Below, in pieces: positions 20,578-31,600 of a DNA stretch of 64,000 bases. The position numbers were made by a program, and so were the translations under genes. Below the pieces are notes generated by a model that had not been told where the DNA came from, did not search any database, and worked only from the letters and a program-made list of their open reading frames with translations. Source of the DNA: a virus; the IMG/VR virus record IMGVR_UViG_3300042514_001283, positions 3,982 to 67,981 of that record. One strand, 5' to 3'. The number at the start of each line of letters is the position of its first letter. The stretch's first letter is position 1.

Positions 20578-21246
20578 TTAGCCAACGACACGATCAACGA
20601 TCTTGCCATAGGAACCATTGGATGTTGGAAGTAAACGGAATGTAACTTCATACATAGAAGGTTCGTCACGCTTTGCAGAAACAGTTACATTCTCAATTGA
20701 GAGAACACGATGTCCTACATAAACACGCTCTACCTTAGCTGCACCAGTTGCTGCAGGATCACCAGAACCTGGACCAACAGCAATAATAGCACGTTCCACA
20801 GGAACGTCACCTAGTTCACCAGCTGTTACATTAAGATTCTTAATGCCAGACGATGTGGTGTAGTTGCTATCTGAAGTTGCAATTGCAACAACAAGGTTTT
20901 CAAGTGTGGCTTCAGCAAATGCTGTAACCATGCTAACCTGCATACCTTGCTTGTAAAGCTTTGCAACGTCAAGAAGCTGATCTACCTGTACTTCACCGAA
21001 GTCTGGTTGGAACTGTACTTCTAAACCGTTCATTGTGTAGCCTACATTTCTCCAGTTTGCCGATGCTGATTGAACAGTATCTGCATAATCATCACCAGAT
21101 ACAAACGCAGGGATACCAGCAGTTGCACTAGCAGTACTAAATACATAATTGCTAATTCCTGAGTTGTATTCCAGCGGACCGTTCTCCGAAACGAAGAGTT
21201 GGGCTGCTCCAACAATAATTTGATTGGAATTTCCACGAGTTGCCAT
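20578..21246 (-). CDS. major tail tube protein
   Basis: NQIIVGAAQLF, VGYTMNGL, VDQLLD and EATLENL motifs; GAGGTG RBS; position. Confidence 0.88.
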   Translation of the reverse strand: MATRGNSNQIIVGAAQLFVSENGPLEYNSGISNYVFSTASATAGIPAFVSGDDYADTVQSASANWRNVGYTMNGLEVQFQPDFGEVQVDQLLDVAKLYKQGMQVSMVTAFAEATLENLVVAIATSDSNYTTSSGIKNLNVTAGELGDVPVERAIIAVGPGSGDPAATGAAKVERVYVGHRVLSIENVTVSAKRDEPSMYEVTFRLLPTSNGSYGKIVDRVVG

Positions 21247-21324
21247 ATTTTTTTCACCTCTTTGTAGTCTTAAAATTTATGGGGAGATTGGCGTTTCCTA
21301 AGTTAAGTATACATCTAGTTTTTA

Positions 21325-21924
21325 TCATTCATTAAACTGTTTGGCATGATAGTCATATTTGATAATAAGGTCTCTTGTGGGGTTATATTCCATAAAATTA
21401 GCGACATCTTGTTGTGTATCTGTAAATCCTGACTGATATACATTGACACAATGGAAGGAATATCTGTTTAATTCTGGATAGTTGGCATCATTATAATCTG
21501 GCAAAGTTTTGGTAAATTCGTTAATATCCTTTGCTGCATCATCTTCTCTATCTAGGATATTTTGAATAAGACTTGTAAGGTTTATTGTTGTTGCATACCT
21601 ATCCTGCTGGTTCCTGTTAATGTCGTACAGAGAGCCACCAACGATTGTATATCTCATTTGGTCAGTCTTGATAGGGTAAAAATATTTATAGCCTGAGCGT
21701 ACTCTACTAAACTTATCAAACATAATATAAGGTAGATCATTGTCAAGAACTGCAGTTGGAAGATTATTTGCTGGTGCAGGGAAAAATGGAACTATGTCTG
21801 ATCCCCCAGATGTTGGACCATACAAGTTATAGAATGATGGGGCATGGGTTTTAAACTGTTCCCAAACATATAAGTTAATAATATTTTCTGGTCTATAAAT
21901 TACCATTGTTTCCTCCTGGAGCAT
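21325..21924 (-). CDS. tail terminator-like protein
   Basis: Synteny only (immediately before major tail). Confidence 0.5.
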   Translation of the reverse strand: MLQEETMVIYRPENIINLYVWEQFKTHAPSFYNLYGPTSGGSDIVPFFPAPANNLPTAVLDNDLPYIMFDKFSRVRSGYKYFYPIKTDQMRYTIVGGSLYDINRNQQDRYATTINLTSLIQNILDREDDAAKDINEFTKTLPDYNDANYPELNRYSFHCVNVYQSGFTDTQQDVANFMEYNPTRDLIIKYDYHAKQFNE

Positions 21925-22600
21925 TCATAATCCATGATAAAGCAGCTTTTCTACCTTTTGAAGAAGCCCCACCTTTTGTGGCAGAAGCAAAGTATTTTTC
22001 AAAAACTTTTGGATTTGCAAAGTATTGATAAAATCTAATTGCTTTTAAATGAACTTCTGTAAAGTAAGATCCATAGAATTCATCAAAAGCTTGTATAAAT
22101 GACCCTCTTGTTGCTTCTCCTCCAGGATTTGCAATAACAATCGGTCCACTTCTAAAAAATTCTTCACCGTCTATTTCAAAGAATAATACATCTGCTTCAA
22201 CTTGATTAATTGTCACAGTTCTTCCTTCTTCCATAATTTCTGCTTTATCATAAAAGGGTTCTGTTGATGTTGGGGAAGGAACCATTGACTGTAAAAATTC
22301 AGCATTAATTACTGCAGAAGTTTTGTTTACAGACATTGTTAATTCAAATAGTCTTTCTGCAGGATTTCCAACATTGCCCCACTCGTAAACGTGATGAAGC
22401 ATTCCTGGATGAGATCTTGCAAGACCATCAAGATACAGGTAAAAAACATCAATTGACTCTTCGCCAACTTTTCTATTTAAAATATCTTGGTTTCTTTTTA
22501 GTTCTGAAGCAAAAGCACCTGTATATTCTACAGAGTTTTTAAGCATCTTGATAACTTTATCCCCTTTAATTCTAGCTGTTATCATTCTGGTATATCCCAC
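21893..22600 (-). CDS. neck/tail completion protein (likely start 22585)
   Basis: Synteny; LHHVYEW motif; ATG at 22585 overlaps the upstream stop. Confidence 0.55.
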   Translation of the reverse strand: MGYTRMITARIKGDKVIKMLKNSVEYTGAFASELKRNQDILNRKVGEESIDVFYLYLDGLARSHPGMLHHVYEWGNVGNPAERLFELTMSVNKTSAVINAEFLQSMVPSPTSTEPFYDKAEIMEEGRTVTINQVEADVLFFEIDGEEFFRSGPIVIANPGGEATRGSFIQAFDEFYGSYFTEVHLKAIRFYQYFANPKVFEKYFASATKGGASSKGRKAALSWIMNAPGGNNGNL

Positions 22601-23055
22601 TTTTGATTTGCTGAACGGGTTAAGAATACTCTATACATTCCAATGTTATGGAACATGTCAAAGCTTGGAATAATTGTTTTAACTTCATACTTTGTTTTTA
22701 CTGTTTCAGCTTTTGTTTTAAGATTTTCAGTATTAATCCAAACTGGATCACCATTTGGATCTCTCATATTTGTTACTGCTGTAGCAGTTATTGGATAATA
22801 TTTTTCAGAGGAGCTTTTTCTTATATCTTCATTTGTTCTAAAGAATAGGGAAGAGTTGTAATCAAAAAATTTATCTTTTACTTTAAGTTCTGCATCTAAT
22901 ACTCCAGAGGTTGCAGTGACTGCAGAACAATTAACAGTTCTATCAAACTGCCAAGTTCTTGTCATGTTTCCATACTCCGATTGAGTTTCTACTGCATAAT
23001 ATATATCTGCAGTCATTGGGTAAAGAATGTTATCAAGTGAGGAATTGAAAAGCAT
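22582..23055 (-). CDS. head closure/stopper protein
   Basis: Synteny; beta-rich 157 aa. Confidence 0.55.
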   Translation of the reverse strand: MLFNSSLDNILYPMTADIYYAVETQSEYGNMTRTWQFDRTVNCSAVTATSGVLDAELKVKDKFFDYNSSLFFRTNEDIRKSSSEKYYPITATAVTNMRDPNGDPVWINTENLKTKAETVKTKYEVKTIIPSFDMFHNIGMYRVFLTRSANQKWDIPE

Positions 23056-23928
23056 TTATAACACCCCAATACGGATATTATTCTTATACTTTGTTAGGAT
23101 TCTGTCAACCACAAGGTTTCCAGTTGATGCATTAAAGTTCTTTGCAAATTTAATTTTAAAGTCATCATTGTCAAATGATTCAATATACTTATTTAGATAC
23201 TTCATATTATCACTTGAAATGTCAGAAACTAAAAGCTCTGTTGCTTCCTTGATGTCTTGAGGAATTACTTTCCATCCAAAATCTGCATCAACAAGGTATT
23301 CAAATCCATCTGCAAAATCAACATCTAGGTATCTATCTCTCCATACTCTATTGTAATTAACTCTATTAGTTTCAGTTTGTGTTAGCACAACAGATGTTTT
23401 ATCTTTTGAAATTTCAAACTCTTGATCATTTACTGCTGCTGTTGCATCATAAACAAGTTCTAGATTTTCATATAACTTATGAAGCTTATGAATCTTTTCA
23501 TCAATAACAAGATAGTCAGATCCCATTCCAACTACTTCTTTTTCTTTTCTTACAAATTTAAATCCACCAAATGTTTCAGAGTCTATAATATATCTTGCAA
23601 TTCTTTCCATCTCTTTTACCTGTGTAACGGTCTTTCCTAAGGCAGTTGCAACAGAAGAAATATCACAGTATGGTCTTAAAACATCTATATTAGTAACAAT
23701 TACTTCGTCATCATATATGTCATATACTGTTGCTTCTAAGTTACCATCATAAGAGATATACTTGCTATTTAATACAAAGGAAATCCCTCCAGTAGCATTT
23801 GCTGTTGCACTTGCTGAAAACACTTCATCTGTCAAAAGGTCTGAATAGTCAATCGTATATTGACCATTTGGAACAAGGTCTGTAAATGAAGCTACTGGAA
23901 CACTTCCATTAATTCTTAAAATTTCCAT
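23056..23928 (-). CDS. head-tail adaptor protein
   Basis: ARYIIDS, GWKVIPQDIKEATELL and TGNLVVDRIL motifs typical of adaptors. Confidence 0.7.
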   Translation of the reverse strand: MEILRINGSVPVASFTDLVPNGQYTIDYSDLLTDEVFSASATANATGGISFVLNSKYISYDGNLEATVYDIYDDEVIVTNIDVLRPYCDISSVATALGKTVTQVKEMERIARYIIDSETFGGFKFVRKEKEVVGMGSDYLVIDEKIHKLHKLYENLELVYDATAAVNDQEFEISKDKTSVVLTQTETNRVNYNRVWRDRYLDVDFADGFEYLVDADFGWKVIPQDIKEATELLVSDISSDNMKYLNKYIESFDNDDFKIKFAKNFNASTGNLVVDRILTKYKNNIRIGVL

Positions 23929-24119
23929 TATTTAGCACCGAAAACTTCGGCTACCTCCTCTGGAGATGCGACTCTAATTCTTGGGAACTTACTAACCCAT
24001 ATGTCAGCATCTTTTTTACTTACAACATTATAGCCTTTATTAAGTCTGCCAAGACTTGTTTCATAAACGCTTGCATTTTCTACAAACAAACAGATTAAAT
24101 CTTTTTTAACTTTTTCCAT
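23928..24119 (-). CDS. small head-associated hypothetical protein
   Basis: ORF after capsid with its own extended -10. Confidence 0.6.
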   Translation of the reverse strand: MEKVKKDLICLFVENASVYETSLGRLNKGYNVVSKKDADIWVSKFPRIRVASPEEVAEVFGAK

Positions 24120-24155
24120 AATGCATCTATCTTATTATATCATTCATAAAAAGTA

Positions 24156-24183
24156 GAGGGGAGACAAATTAATGCCTCCCCTC
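24156..24183 (-). terminator. intrinsic terminator after major capsid gene
   Basis: GAGGGGAG/CTCCCCTC stem followed by TACTTTT on the minus strand. Confidence 0.7.
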
Positions 24184-24198
24184 CAAATTTGACTATAA

Positions 24199-25194
24199 TT
24201 AGTCTTGCATGAATGCTACTGCATCAGTTTCTTCAACTGCTACACCAAAGCGTAGGAATACGGTATATTCTACTGTATCCTTCTTTGGCTTGAACTCACG
24301 ATGTACTGTTACGTCTCTCTGGAAGCCCCAGATGCGGTTTTCTGGGAATGTAAGTGATACATAACCAGCTGGCATCAAAGGAACTTCAACCAATGGAAGA
24401 CCTAGAACACGGTATGCGATTGGGCTACCAAGGGTCTGCGGAGCAGAGCCATCAATAACACGCTCAACGATACGCTCAGAATTCAAGTTACCAGAAGAAC
24501 CAAGACCGTTTACAATTGCTGCAACGGTTTCAGTGTCTGCATAGAACTTCATGTTTGAACGGGAACCACGGTACTTACGAGGCATTGCAAGAACAAGTCC
24601 CTGCAAGCTTTCGACAGTTGTACCATAAGTTGCTGAATTACCATCGGCTTCGATTGATACGAAACCTTCAAGGATGTTCAGGAAGTTGTTTGTACCAGCT
24701 CCTGTACCATTGATGGCTAGATCTTCAAGATCGTTAGCAAACGCACGGGTCATTGTACGGACCAAGTGATCCTCCAGACCAGCACCTTCGATATTATCTT
24801 CAAGAGCTTCACTCGAAACTTCCCAATCAAGACGAATCTTCTTGGTTGTAAGAGTAACCTTTGTGAACTGAACATCAGCATTAGTGTAGGTTGCATCAGC
24901 CTGGGCTGCTGCACGAATTACACGCTCTCCAACATTCATTTTTTCAAGTTCAGTTGTGTTAGCTCTCATTGTGACTCTACGACCATCTTGGGCTAGAACC
25001 TGCTGTTCAAAGATATACTCAATAAACTGACGTGACTGTTCAGGCTGCAAAATACCGCCATCAGACACTAGATCACCAACTGGGTTAGTATTGTCAAGAA
25101 TTCCAGCTGCTGGAGTGCTTACTCCACCAATACCACCAGATGCGATAGTACCAGCTGCAGCCGCTTTTTCTAAAATTTCATTATTTTCTGTCAT
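24199..25194 (-). CDS. major capsid protein (HK97 fold)
   Basis: GGILQPEQ, LEDNIEG, FANDLEDLAINGTG motifs; GGAGGTG RBS; follows protease. Confidence 0.92.
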   Translation of the reverse strand: MTENNEILEKAAAAGTIASGGIGGVSTPAAGILDNTNPVGDLVSDGGILQPEQSRQFIEYIFEQQVLAQDGRRVTMRANTTELEKMNVGERVIRAAAQADATYTNADVQFTKVTLTTKKIRLDWEVSSEALEDNIEGAGLEDHLVRTMTRAFANDLEDLAINGTGAGTNNFLNILEGFVSIEADGNSATYGTTVESLQGLVLAMPRKYRGSRSNMKFYADTETVAAIVNGLGSSGNLNSERIVERVIDGSAPQTLGSPIAYRVLGLPLVEVPLMPAGYVSLTFPENRIWGFQRDVTVHREFKPKKDTVEYTVFLRFGVAVEETDAVAFMQD

Positions 25195-25218
25195 TTTTTA
25201 TTTCACCTCCAGTTTCTC

Positions 25219-26610
25219 TTAATGATATAGGTCAGCGGAATTTAGGAAACGTCCACCCCACATAGACCCTTTTCTTATTGTATTGCCCTGAACGATCCCG
25301 CCGAGATCGCCAGACTTACGGACAGCGGTATCGTCTTCTAGACCATCCACACGCTTTCCAAACTCTTCAAGACTGCCTCTTACTCCAGCAACTTCTTCTG
25401 CTACTGTAGCTTGACCCTTTTTAAGGTCTACAATCTCTTCATTTAGTGACTTAATTGTTGAAACAAGTTCACTCACTGCCTCTGTTACTGAAACCTTAAT
25501 TTCGTCAACAGCTTTTACAAGCTCAGCATCAGCTGAATCTGTTTCAGCAACAGACTTCTCAACTTCAACGTCATCGGAAGCTTCTTCTGCATCTTCTGCA
25601 GGTGCTTCTTCTGGATCAGCAGACTTAACTACTGTTTCCTCAACAGCGTCAACTGCGTCAACTGACTTTTCTACGGTTTCTTCGGCAGGAGCTTCAGCAA
25701 CAACTTCTTCAGTTGCAACTTCTTCAACGGTCTCTTCTACTACTGTATTATCTTCTGACACGTTGTTCTCCTCCTCTATATTGTTTTCTACAATTGACGC
25801 ATTATTGTCAATCGCTGTTTCAGACGTTTCGCCTGAAGTTTTTGGGGTTTCGGAAACATCTTCAGATTTAGCAAGGTCTGTAGAACCAATAAACTTGTTT
25901 AAAATTGATTTAACTGTCATAGCTTTTTCTGTATCCTTTGTCTCAACAAAACCAATATTTTTCATACTGACTTCACATGATGGGCAACTTGAATCATCAA
26001 CTTCTGAAAGTCTGACGATACCGTCATTCTCACACCAGTAGACATTTTCAAGATCTGCTTTTGCAATTATACCATCTATTTGTGCATCCTTGTTAACTTT
26101 CTGAATTGACACGACATTTGCAAATTGATTTGCTGGATTGTCTACCAAAGATAATTCATTAAGTTCATAATCTTTAACTACTCTAATTGTTTTAGCAACA
26201 TTCTCATCGTAGGCATTTTCTGAATCTTTAATTATTCCGCCAATTGAAAAACCTGAAAGAGTGCCATCAAGAACTTTTTCCCAAGTATCCTGAGCACCCT
26301 TAGAAATATATGCATCTACATAAACACCGTTATAAAGTTTGTCTGTAGACTTGTCAAAAAACTTTTCTTGTCTAAAATTAACAACTTTACCAACTGCAAT
26401 AGCTTGATGCATTTCTCTTAAATTACCACGGAATGTTTCAAAAGCCTTTATACTTACATCAGTAGGAACAATGTCTGCTTGCTTGTCAATGTTATCAAGC
26501 GTAGCAAATCCAGAAACGATTCTACGCTCTACATCTACTTTAGCGATTGGCATAGATAACTTGATATCATCGTTATCTGAAGTCCAATAAGCCTTGCTTA
26601 AATTAGTCAT
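25219..26610 (-). CDS. prohead protease fused to acidic scaffold
   Basis: REMHQ, GFSIGG and ELSLVDNPAN protease motifs; Glu/Ala-rich coiled C-terminus. Confidence 0.9.
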   Translation of the reverse strand: MTNLSKAYWTSDNDDIKLSMPIAKVDVERRIVSGFATLDNIDKQADIVPTDVSIKAFETFRGNLREMHQAIAVGKVVNFRQEKFFDKSTDKLYNGVYVDAYISKGAQDTWEKVLDGTLSGFSIGGIIKDSENAYDENVAKTIRVVKDYELNELSLVDNPANQFANVVSIQKVNKDAQIDGIIAKADLENVYWCENDGIVRLSEVDDSSCPSCEVSMKNIGFVETKDTEKAMTVKSILNKFIGSTDLAKSEDVSETPKTSGETSETAIDNNASIVENNIEEENNVSEDNTVVEETVEEVATEEVVAEAPAEETVEKSVDAVDAVEETVVKSADPEEAPAEDAEEASDDVEVEKSVAETDSADAELVKAVDEIKVSVTEAVSELVSTIKSLNEEIVDLKKGQATVAEEVAGVRGSLEEFGKRVDGLEDDTAVRKSGDLGGIVQGNTIRKGSMWGGRFLNSADLYH

Positions 26611-26659
26611 GTTAATCCTATTATATATGTATTTTTTATATGTTTATAATATTGTTATA

Positions 26660-28219
26660 TTATACTACAGATCTTCCTTCGCCACCAGGATTTCTTCCTG
26701 TTGTGGTTGCAGTTGAGTCTGAAGCTTGATCAGTTCTTTGTTGATCTCTTTGTCTTGTACCAGCCATTTGAGCATTTTGCTCTGCACGTTGTTGAGGGGT
26801 CATAACTACTGGAGTATCTCCTTGTGGAACTACTGGGAGTCCAAGTCTAGGTCTGATATCATTTGGAACAACAACTTGTGCTCTTAGATATCTTTCATCA
26901 ATTTGACTTTGAGTATTCTCATCAGTCAAAGTTAATTCATTAAACTTTAATAAAAGAATGTCTGTCTTTTCTTTAATAAGTTTGTTAATTGTTTTTTCTA
27001 AATTCTTTTGTGCTGGTCTTGCTACCTGTTCTTTGAACGTTCTATCTGAAACAAGTGCTGATGCAATTGAGCTACCAGGATCTGAACCAACTTTAGAAAT
27101 TGGAACTTGATGTGCCATAAGGATGTCGTGAACATTTGAAGTTCTATATTTATCAAAGGATCCTTCTTGAATACCATTTTCAACTGGCTCCATTTTAAAT
27201 TCAACCTTGTTGTCTGGACCATCTCCAGGAAGTGGGATGTAAAGGGTTCTATGATTCTGTCCACGAAGACCAGACTGTAGGAATCTAAATAACTTATCTT
27301 CTGCTTCTGAACTTAGCTTTGCACCCTTTAGTGTAACAATGTATCTTGGTACTGCTTTGTTTTCAAAATAATCAATATTGTATCTTGCAGCAAGCTGGTC
27401 TCCAACTACTGAAGTTGCAGCAGACACAACATCTGGAACTCCGTAGTAAGTATTCTTTGGGCTATATTTTTTAATATGAATAAGTTCATTTGGTCGTGAG
27501 TCTGTGGTTACAGGATTTACTGTTTTTTTATCTTGGAAGTTTTTAAAGAAAACAACTCTTTGATTTACAATCTGGACATAGCCATCACGCATACGTCTTA
27601 CACGAACTGTTGTTGCAGGGATGTGACCAATATAGCCAATCTCTCCAGTATTCTTTCTTCCAATTTCAATGTATCCATTTCCAGTTGCTTCGTAGTCTGT
27701 CATTGCTTTTTCAAGGACATGGGTAAAAGTATCTTCATCATTTAATTCTTCAAGCCAATTTGAAAGTTCAGACTTTGCTCTTTCAACTTTTCTTTGTGCT
27801 CTGACTCTTTGATCAACATTTTCAATTTCTTCAATCCTAGCTTTAACAATGTCAGACATTATAAAACCGTATCCAAGACCAACTGTGTTTGCAACTTTTG
27901 CATTAATTGCAGCATGGTTTGCAAAAGAATTGTCAAAGAAGAATGCTAATTCGTCAAGATTATATGGCGGTAAAACAACATCGAAAAGACCATAGGCTGT
28001 TGTAATATCTTGCTCTGGAAATAACTGCTTAGACTTTGCACCATCCTGACCAGTGTACGCCTTATTCATTCTTGTAATTCTGCGTTTAAAGTTTGCATCT
28101 ATGCCATCAAAACCTTTTACAAGGTCTGCTTCAGTCATAAAGTCATCTGTTTTATTTGCAGTTGGTTTATTTTTATCTAGATTATCAATTCTAGCAATAA
28201 CTTCATTAGTCATTTCCAT
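26660..28219 (-). CDS. portal protein
   Basis: TGNGYIEI, YYGVPD, YFENKAVP and ILMAHQVP motifs. Confidence 0.93.
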   Translation of the reverse strand: MEMTNEVIARIDNLDKNKPTANKTDDFMTEADLVKGFDGIDANFKRRITRMNKAYTGQDGAKSKQLFPEQDITTAYGLFDVVLPPYNLDELAFFFDNSFANHAAINAKVANTVGLGYGFIMSDIVKARIEEIENVDQRVRAQRKVERAKSELSNWLEELNDEDTFTHVLEKAMTDYEATGNGYIEIGRKNTGEIGYIGHIPATTVRVRRMRDGYVQIVNQRVVFFKNFQDKKTVNPVTTDSRPNELIHIKKYSPKNTYYGVPDVVSAATSVVGDQLAARYNIDYFENKAVPRYIVTLKGAKLSSEAEDKLFRFLQSGLRGQNHRTLYIPLPGDGPDNKVEFKMEPVENGIQEGSFDKYRTSNVHDILMAHQVPISKVGSDPGSSIASALVSDRTFKEQVARPAQKNLEKTINKLIKEKTDILLLKFNELTLTDENTQSQIDERYLRAQVVVPNDIRPRLGLPVVPQGDTPVVMTPQQRAEQNAQMAGTRQRDQQRTDQASDSTATTTGRNPGGEGRSVV

Positions 28220-28577
28220 GTTTTTTTAGCCCCTTTGCAGCATCAGCAAAAGCACCAGTATCAAACTCACTTGGGATATAGCCTTGCTTCATTCTGTCAA
28301 TCTGAACAGAATGTTCCTCTTCAGTAATTCTTGTAACTCCTGGCATAAAGACTGCCTTTCCTGGACCAGCACCATAGTGTGCTGCAGCCTGTGTAATTCT
28401 ATTAATAGCAGCTAGGTCATATTTTCTAGCTGGAATGTTCATAAAACTTCCATTGCCGTCTCCAAATACTCTTCCTGTTTCTGTTTTCCAAACATAAAGA
28501 CCGTATTCAGCATCGTTTTCAACATAGCTTACTTTTGGCTTGTTTGGCAGTTTTTGTAATCCTTCTAGATAATCCAT
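28206..28577 (-). CDS. hypothetical protein (start reassigned to MDYLEG)
   Basis: ORF track 28206..28625; TGGTACAAT lies 6 nt before the ATG at 28577. Confidence 0.7.
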   Translation of the reverse strand: MDYLEGLQKLPNKPKVSYVENDAEYGLYVWKTETGRVFGDGNGSFMNIPARKYDLAAINRITQAAAHYGAGPGKAVFMPGVTRITEEEHSVQIDRMKQGYIPSEFDTGAFADAAKGLKKHGND

Positions 28578-28603
28578 GACAACATTGTACCATAAATTAT
28601 TGC

Positions 28604-31600
28604 TTAAACCAAATATTGATCCCAAGCTACGTCATTTATTATTATAACAGAGTCGTTGCTAACACTAAGAACACTACTATCACTAACAATTCCAGAAGAA
28701 AGACCAGAATAGGTATTAAAGAGCTCTTTTGCATCTAAAGAAAGTAGAGACACTTCTAAGGATTGTTGATTTAAAATTTCTAGCCATGTTCCAGATGTAG
28801 CCCAATCATTCCATGTGACAGGGGTTGTAGATGGGAAAATTGCATCATCAACTACACCCCATTCATCAAAAATAACTAAGTTTTGATTAATAGGATCTAG
28901 CTCCATAAAGCTTGCAACATTGTCTATTTTTACTCCAGAGTAAACCTCTATTTCTCCAATGGCTGAATTTAGATAGATTGGATAGTGCTCTGCTCCAGGC
29001 TCTTTTTCAAAAGATACGCCAATATAATTCCAAACTAGAGGTTCAATTACTATATTGTTTACAGCATTTCCATTTAAAAAGAATCTAGTATTAGTAAATT
29101 GTGCACCAGTACTAGAATTAAAGATGTTCAAGAAAGCTCTTTTTCCATCATCTTCAGGAGTTAGAATAATATCGTATGAATCATCAGAACTAAATATTTT
29201 ACCAATCTTTCTTCTTTCAGTAAATAGATTAGATTCGTCATACATTAAAAACATTTGTAGTCCAACAACTTCTTGATTGCTTTTTAGTGTTTGATTTATT
29301 GGAATAGCAATTCCTTTTACTAAATTTTCATCTACATCTGGCAACACTTCTATCCCAGAGTCTCCAGCTAAATATAAATATGGAGAGGAGTCAGTGTCTA
29401 TAACTACTGGGATATTTCTTTTATAAACGTACTGGTCTTCATTTTTAACTATTGGGTAGAACTTTCCTGTAGCAGGAGTATTAATTGAATAGAATTGCCC
29501 CTCATCAAAAGACAGTGAAACAAGTCCCATATTTTTAATATTTACATTCTCTGTATTTACTCCCTTAGAAGAAATTTCAATATGAATGGTTATATAGTAG
29601 TTAGTAAAACCAGATACGTCTTTTGGTGGATAAATGATAGTTCCATTATCAATCTTATACTTTGTATTTTCTGAGGAAGTAATTTCTCCTAAATCTAAAA
29701 TTCTATTCATTCCAATATTTTCTACATTTGTGAATTGAGTATATACCACATTGCCTAATTCAACTATGTTTTGTAATGTTACATAAACTTTTGTTGATAG
29801 AGAATCTTGATAATTTGAAGATGTTTCGTTATACTTTGAAAATATTGAACTTGGTGCATCAATGTTAAATTGTAATAAATCTAAGTCATACTTTAATGTA
29901 CCGTCAGCCTTGGTTATGTACTTTCCAAAATAAGATAGAGGTATTGAATTTTCCCAATATCCTGAAACTCCTACATCTAAAATTATTGAAGTATTTGTTG
30001 TTTTTGGCAACAGGGTGTAAGATCCAATGTAATCATATAAATCTGTGTCAAACTCTTTAATTGCTATTCCAGATAAATTAAATATCTGAGACCCATCTTT
30101 ATCTGTAAAGAAATCATTATTCATTGTTAAAGAAAATATTTTTCCAAGAAATATTTCTTCTTGATTTCCTGCAAAGTTTAAAGAAAGAGATTCTGGTCTT
30201 GAGAAAAAGGATCCAACAGTTGAGTAATAGGTTTGCTCAATTTTATCAAAGTCAATACCTACTGCAAAATATGAGCTTGCACCAATAGCTTGTGAATTTA
30301 AAATAGTTTCATTATAAATATACTGAAGGCTTCCAGAGTTTATTGCTACTTCAAAAATATTACCATCAAAATTATTTGAAATATAAATTAAGGACTGCCT
30401 TGTTGAAACATTGTTTGAAGACTTTAGTATTGAGTGTATTGATCTTGTTTGAGATCCTGCTTGATTTAATTTTGAGAAATAAATAGTTCCATAAGAATTA
30501 TTTGCTGCATATAAATTATTAGGATCCATTGAAATATATGGGTGCTCTTCATTTTGTATTGCATAATTCTCTTCATAAAAACCTGAAGTAATTGAAGATT
30601 TTTGAAAAACTGTTGATGCTGAGTTATTGTTGAATATAACTTCAGGCAACTGGTACTCTGGTAGACTGATGCCTTTATCACTAGCTACAATGTTATTATA
30701 GAATCCATCGTTCCATTTACTCCTATCTGGATATTTAATTGTAGAACTATATCCAGAAAATGGAAAATCTACATAAGAAAGATCTCCATTTTTTGATGCA
30801 ACAATATTTTCTTGTTCTTGAACACCTTGTGCAAAGACATATCTTTTCTTTGCAACCTGCTCTGCAACAACGTATGGGAATATGGAAAATGAATCAATTT
30901 CAAAAAGATATATAGACTCATTTGTGAAAAATCCCAAGTAGTCCTCGTCTTCTGCTGGGAAAGTTGAAATCTGTAATGATTCAATTGGAATTGATATAAC
31001 TTTTTCTCCATTTATCATTAAGAAAATTTCATTTGGGCTTTGACAAAAATTAACTAACATAGGTCTATACCATTTTCCAATAAAGTAAGACTTTGTATAT
31101 TTTCCAACATTTACAGTTATAAAATCTCTATCAACGTAGATTCCATCCTCTGATGCAAGTGGTCCAAAGATTCTTTTTCTTGTAGTTGTTTCAGGATTTA
31201 TTCTTAGCCAAAATTCTGTTGTAAGAGTTTTATTGTAACCGTATTGATTTAAAAATCCTTTTCCAGGAAAGATTAGCGATGGAAAATTATAATACTGATC
31301 TTCTGTTAAATATAAAAACTGAAGAGCTCCTCCTCCATCAATATACTCTAAATATGCTGCAGAAGAAGATCCCCCGTCAATAATTAAAGGGTCTAAGGAA
31401 GAGCCATCAACTAGCTCTGTTAAGAATATTGCATCCTTATTTATTTTAATATTCCCAGAGGACCCGTAAACCATTGGGATACTAGAAAGTTTTGCAGAGA
31501 GAGAATTGTTTAAGCATGTAACGTATCCGTTGTCTGAAATATCATTTAAACCATATGGATCTAGGATAGTGCATTTTATTGATTCAGGGTAATCTATCAA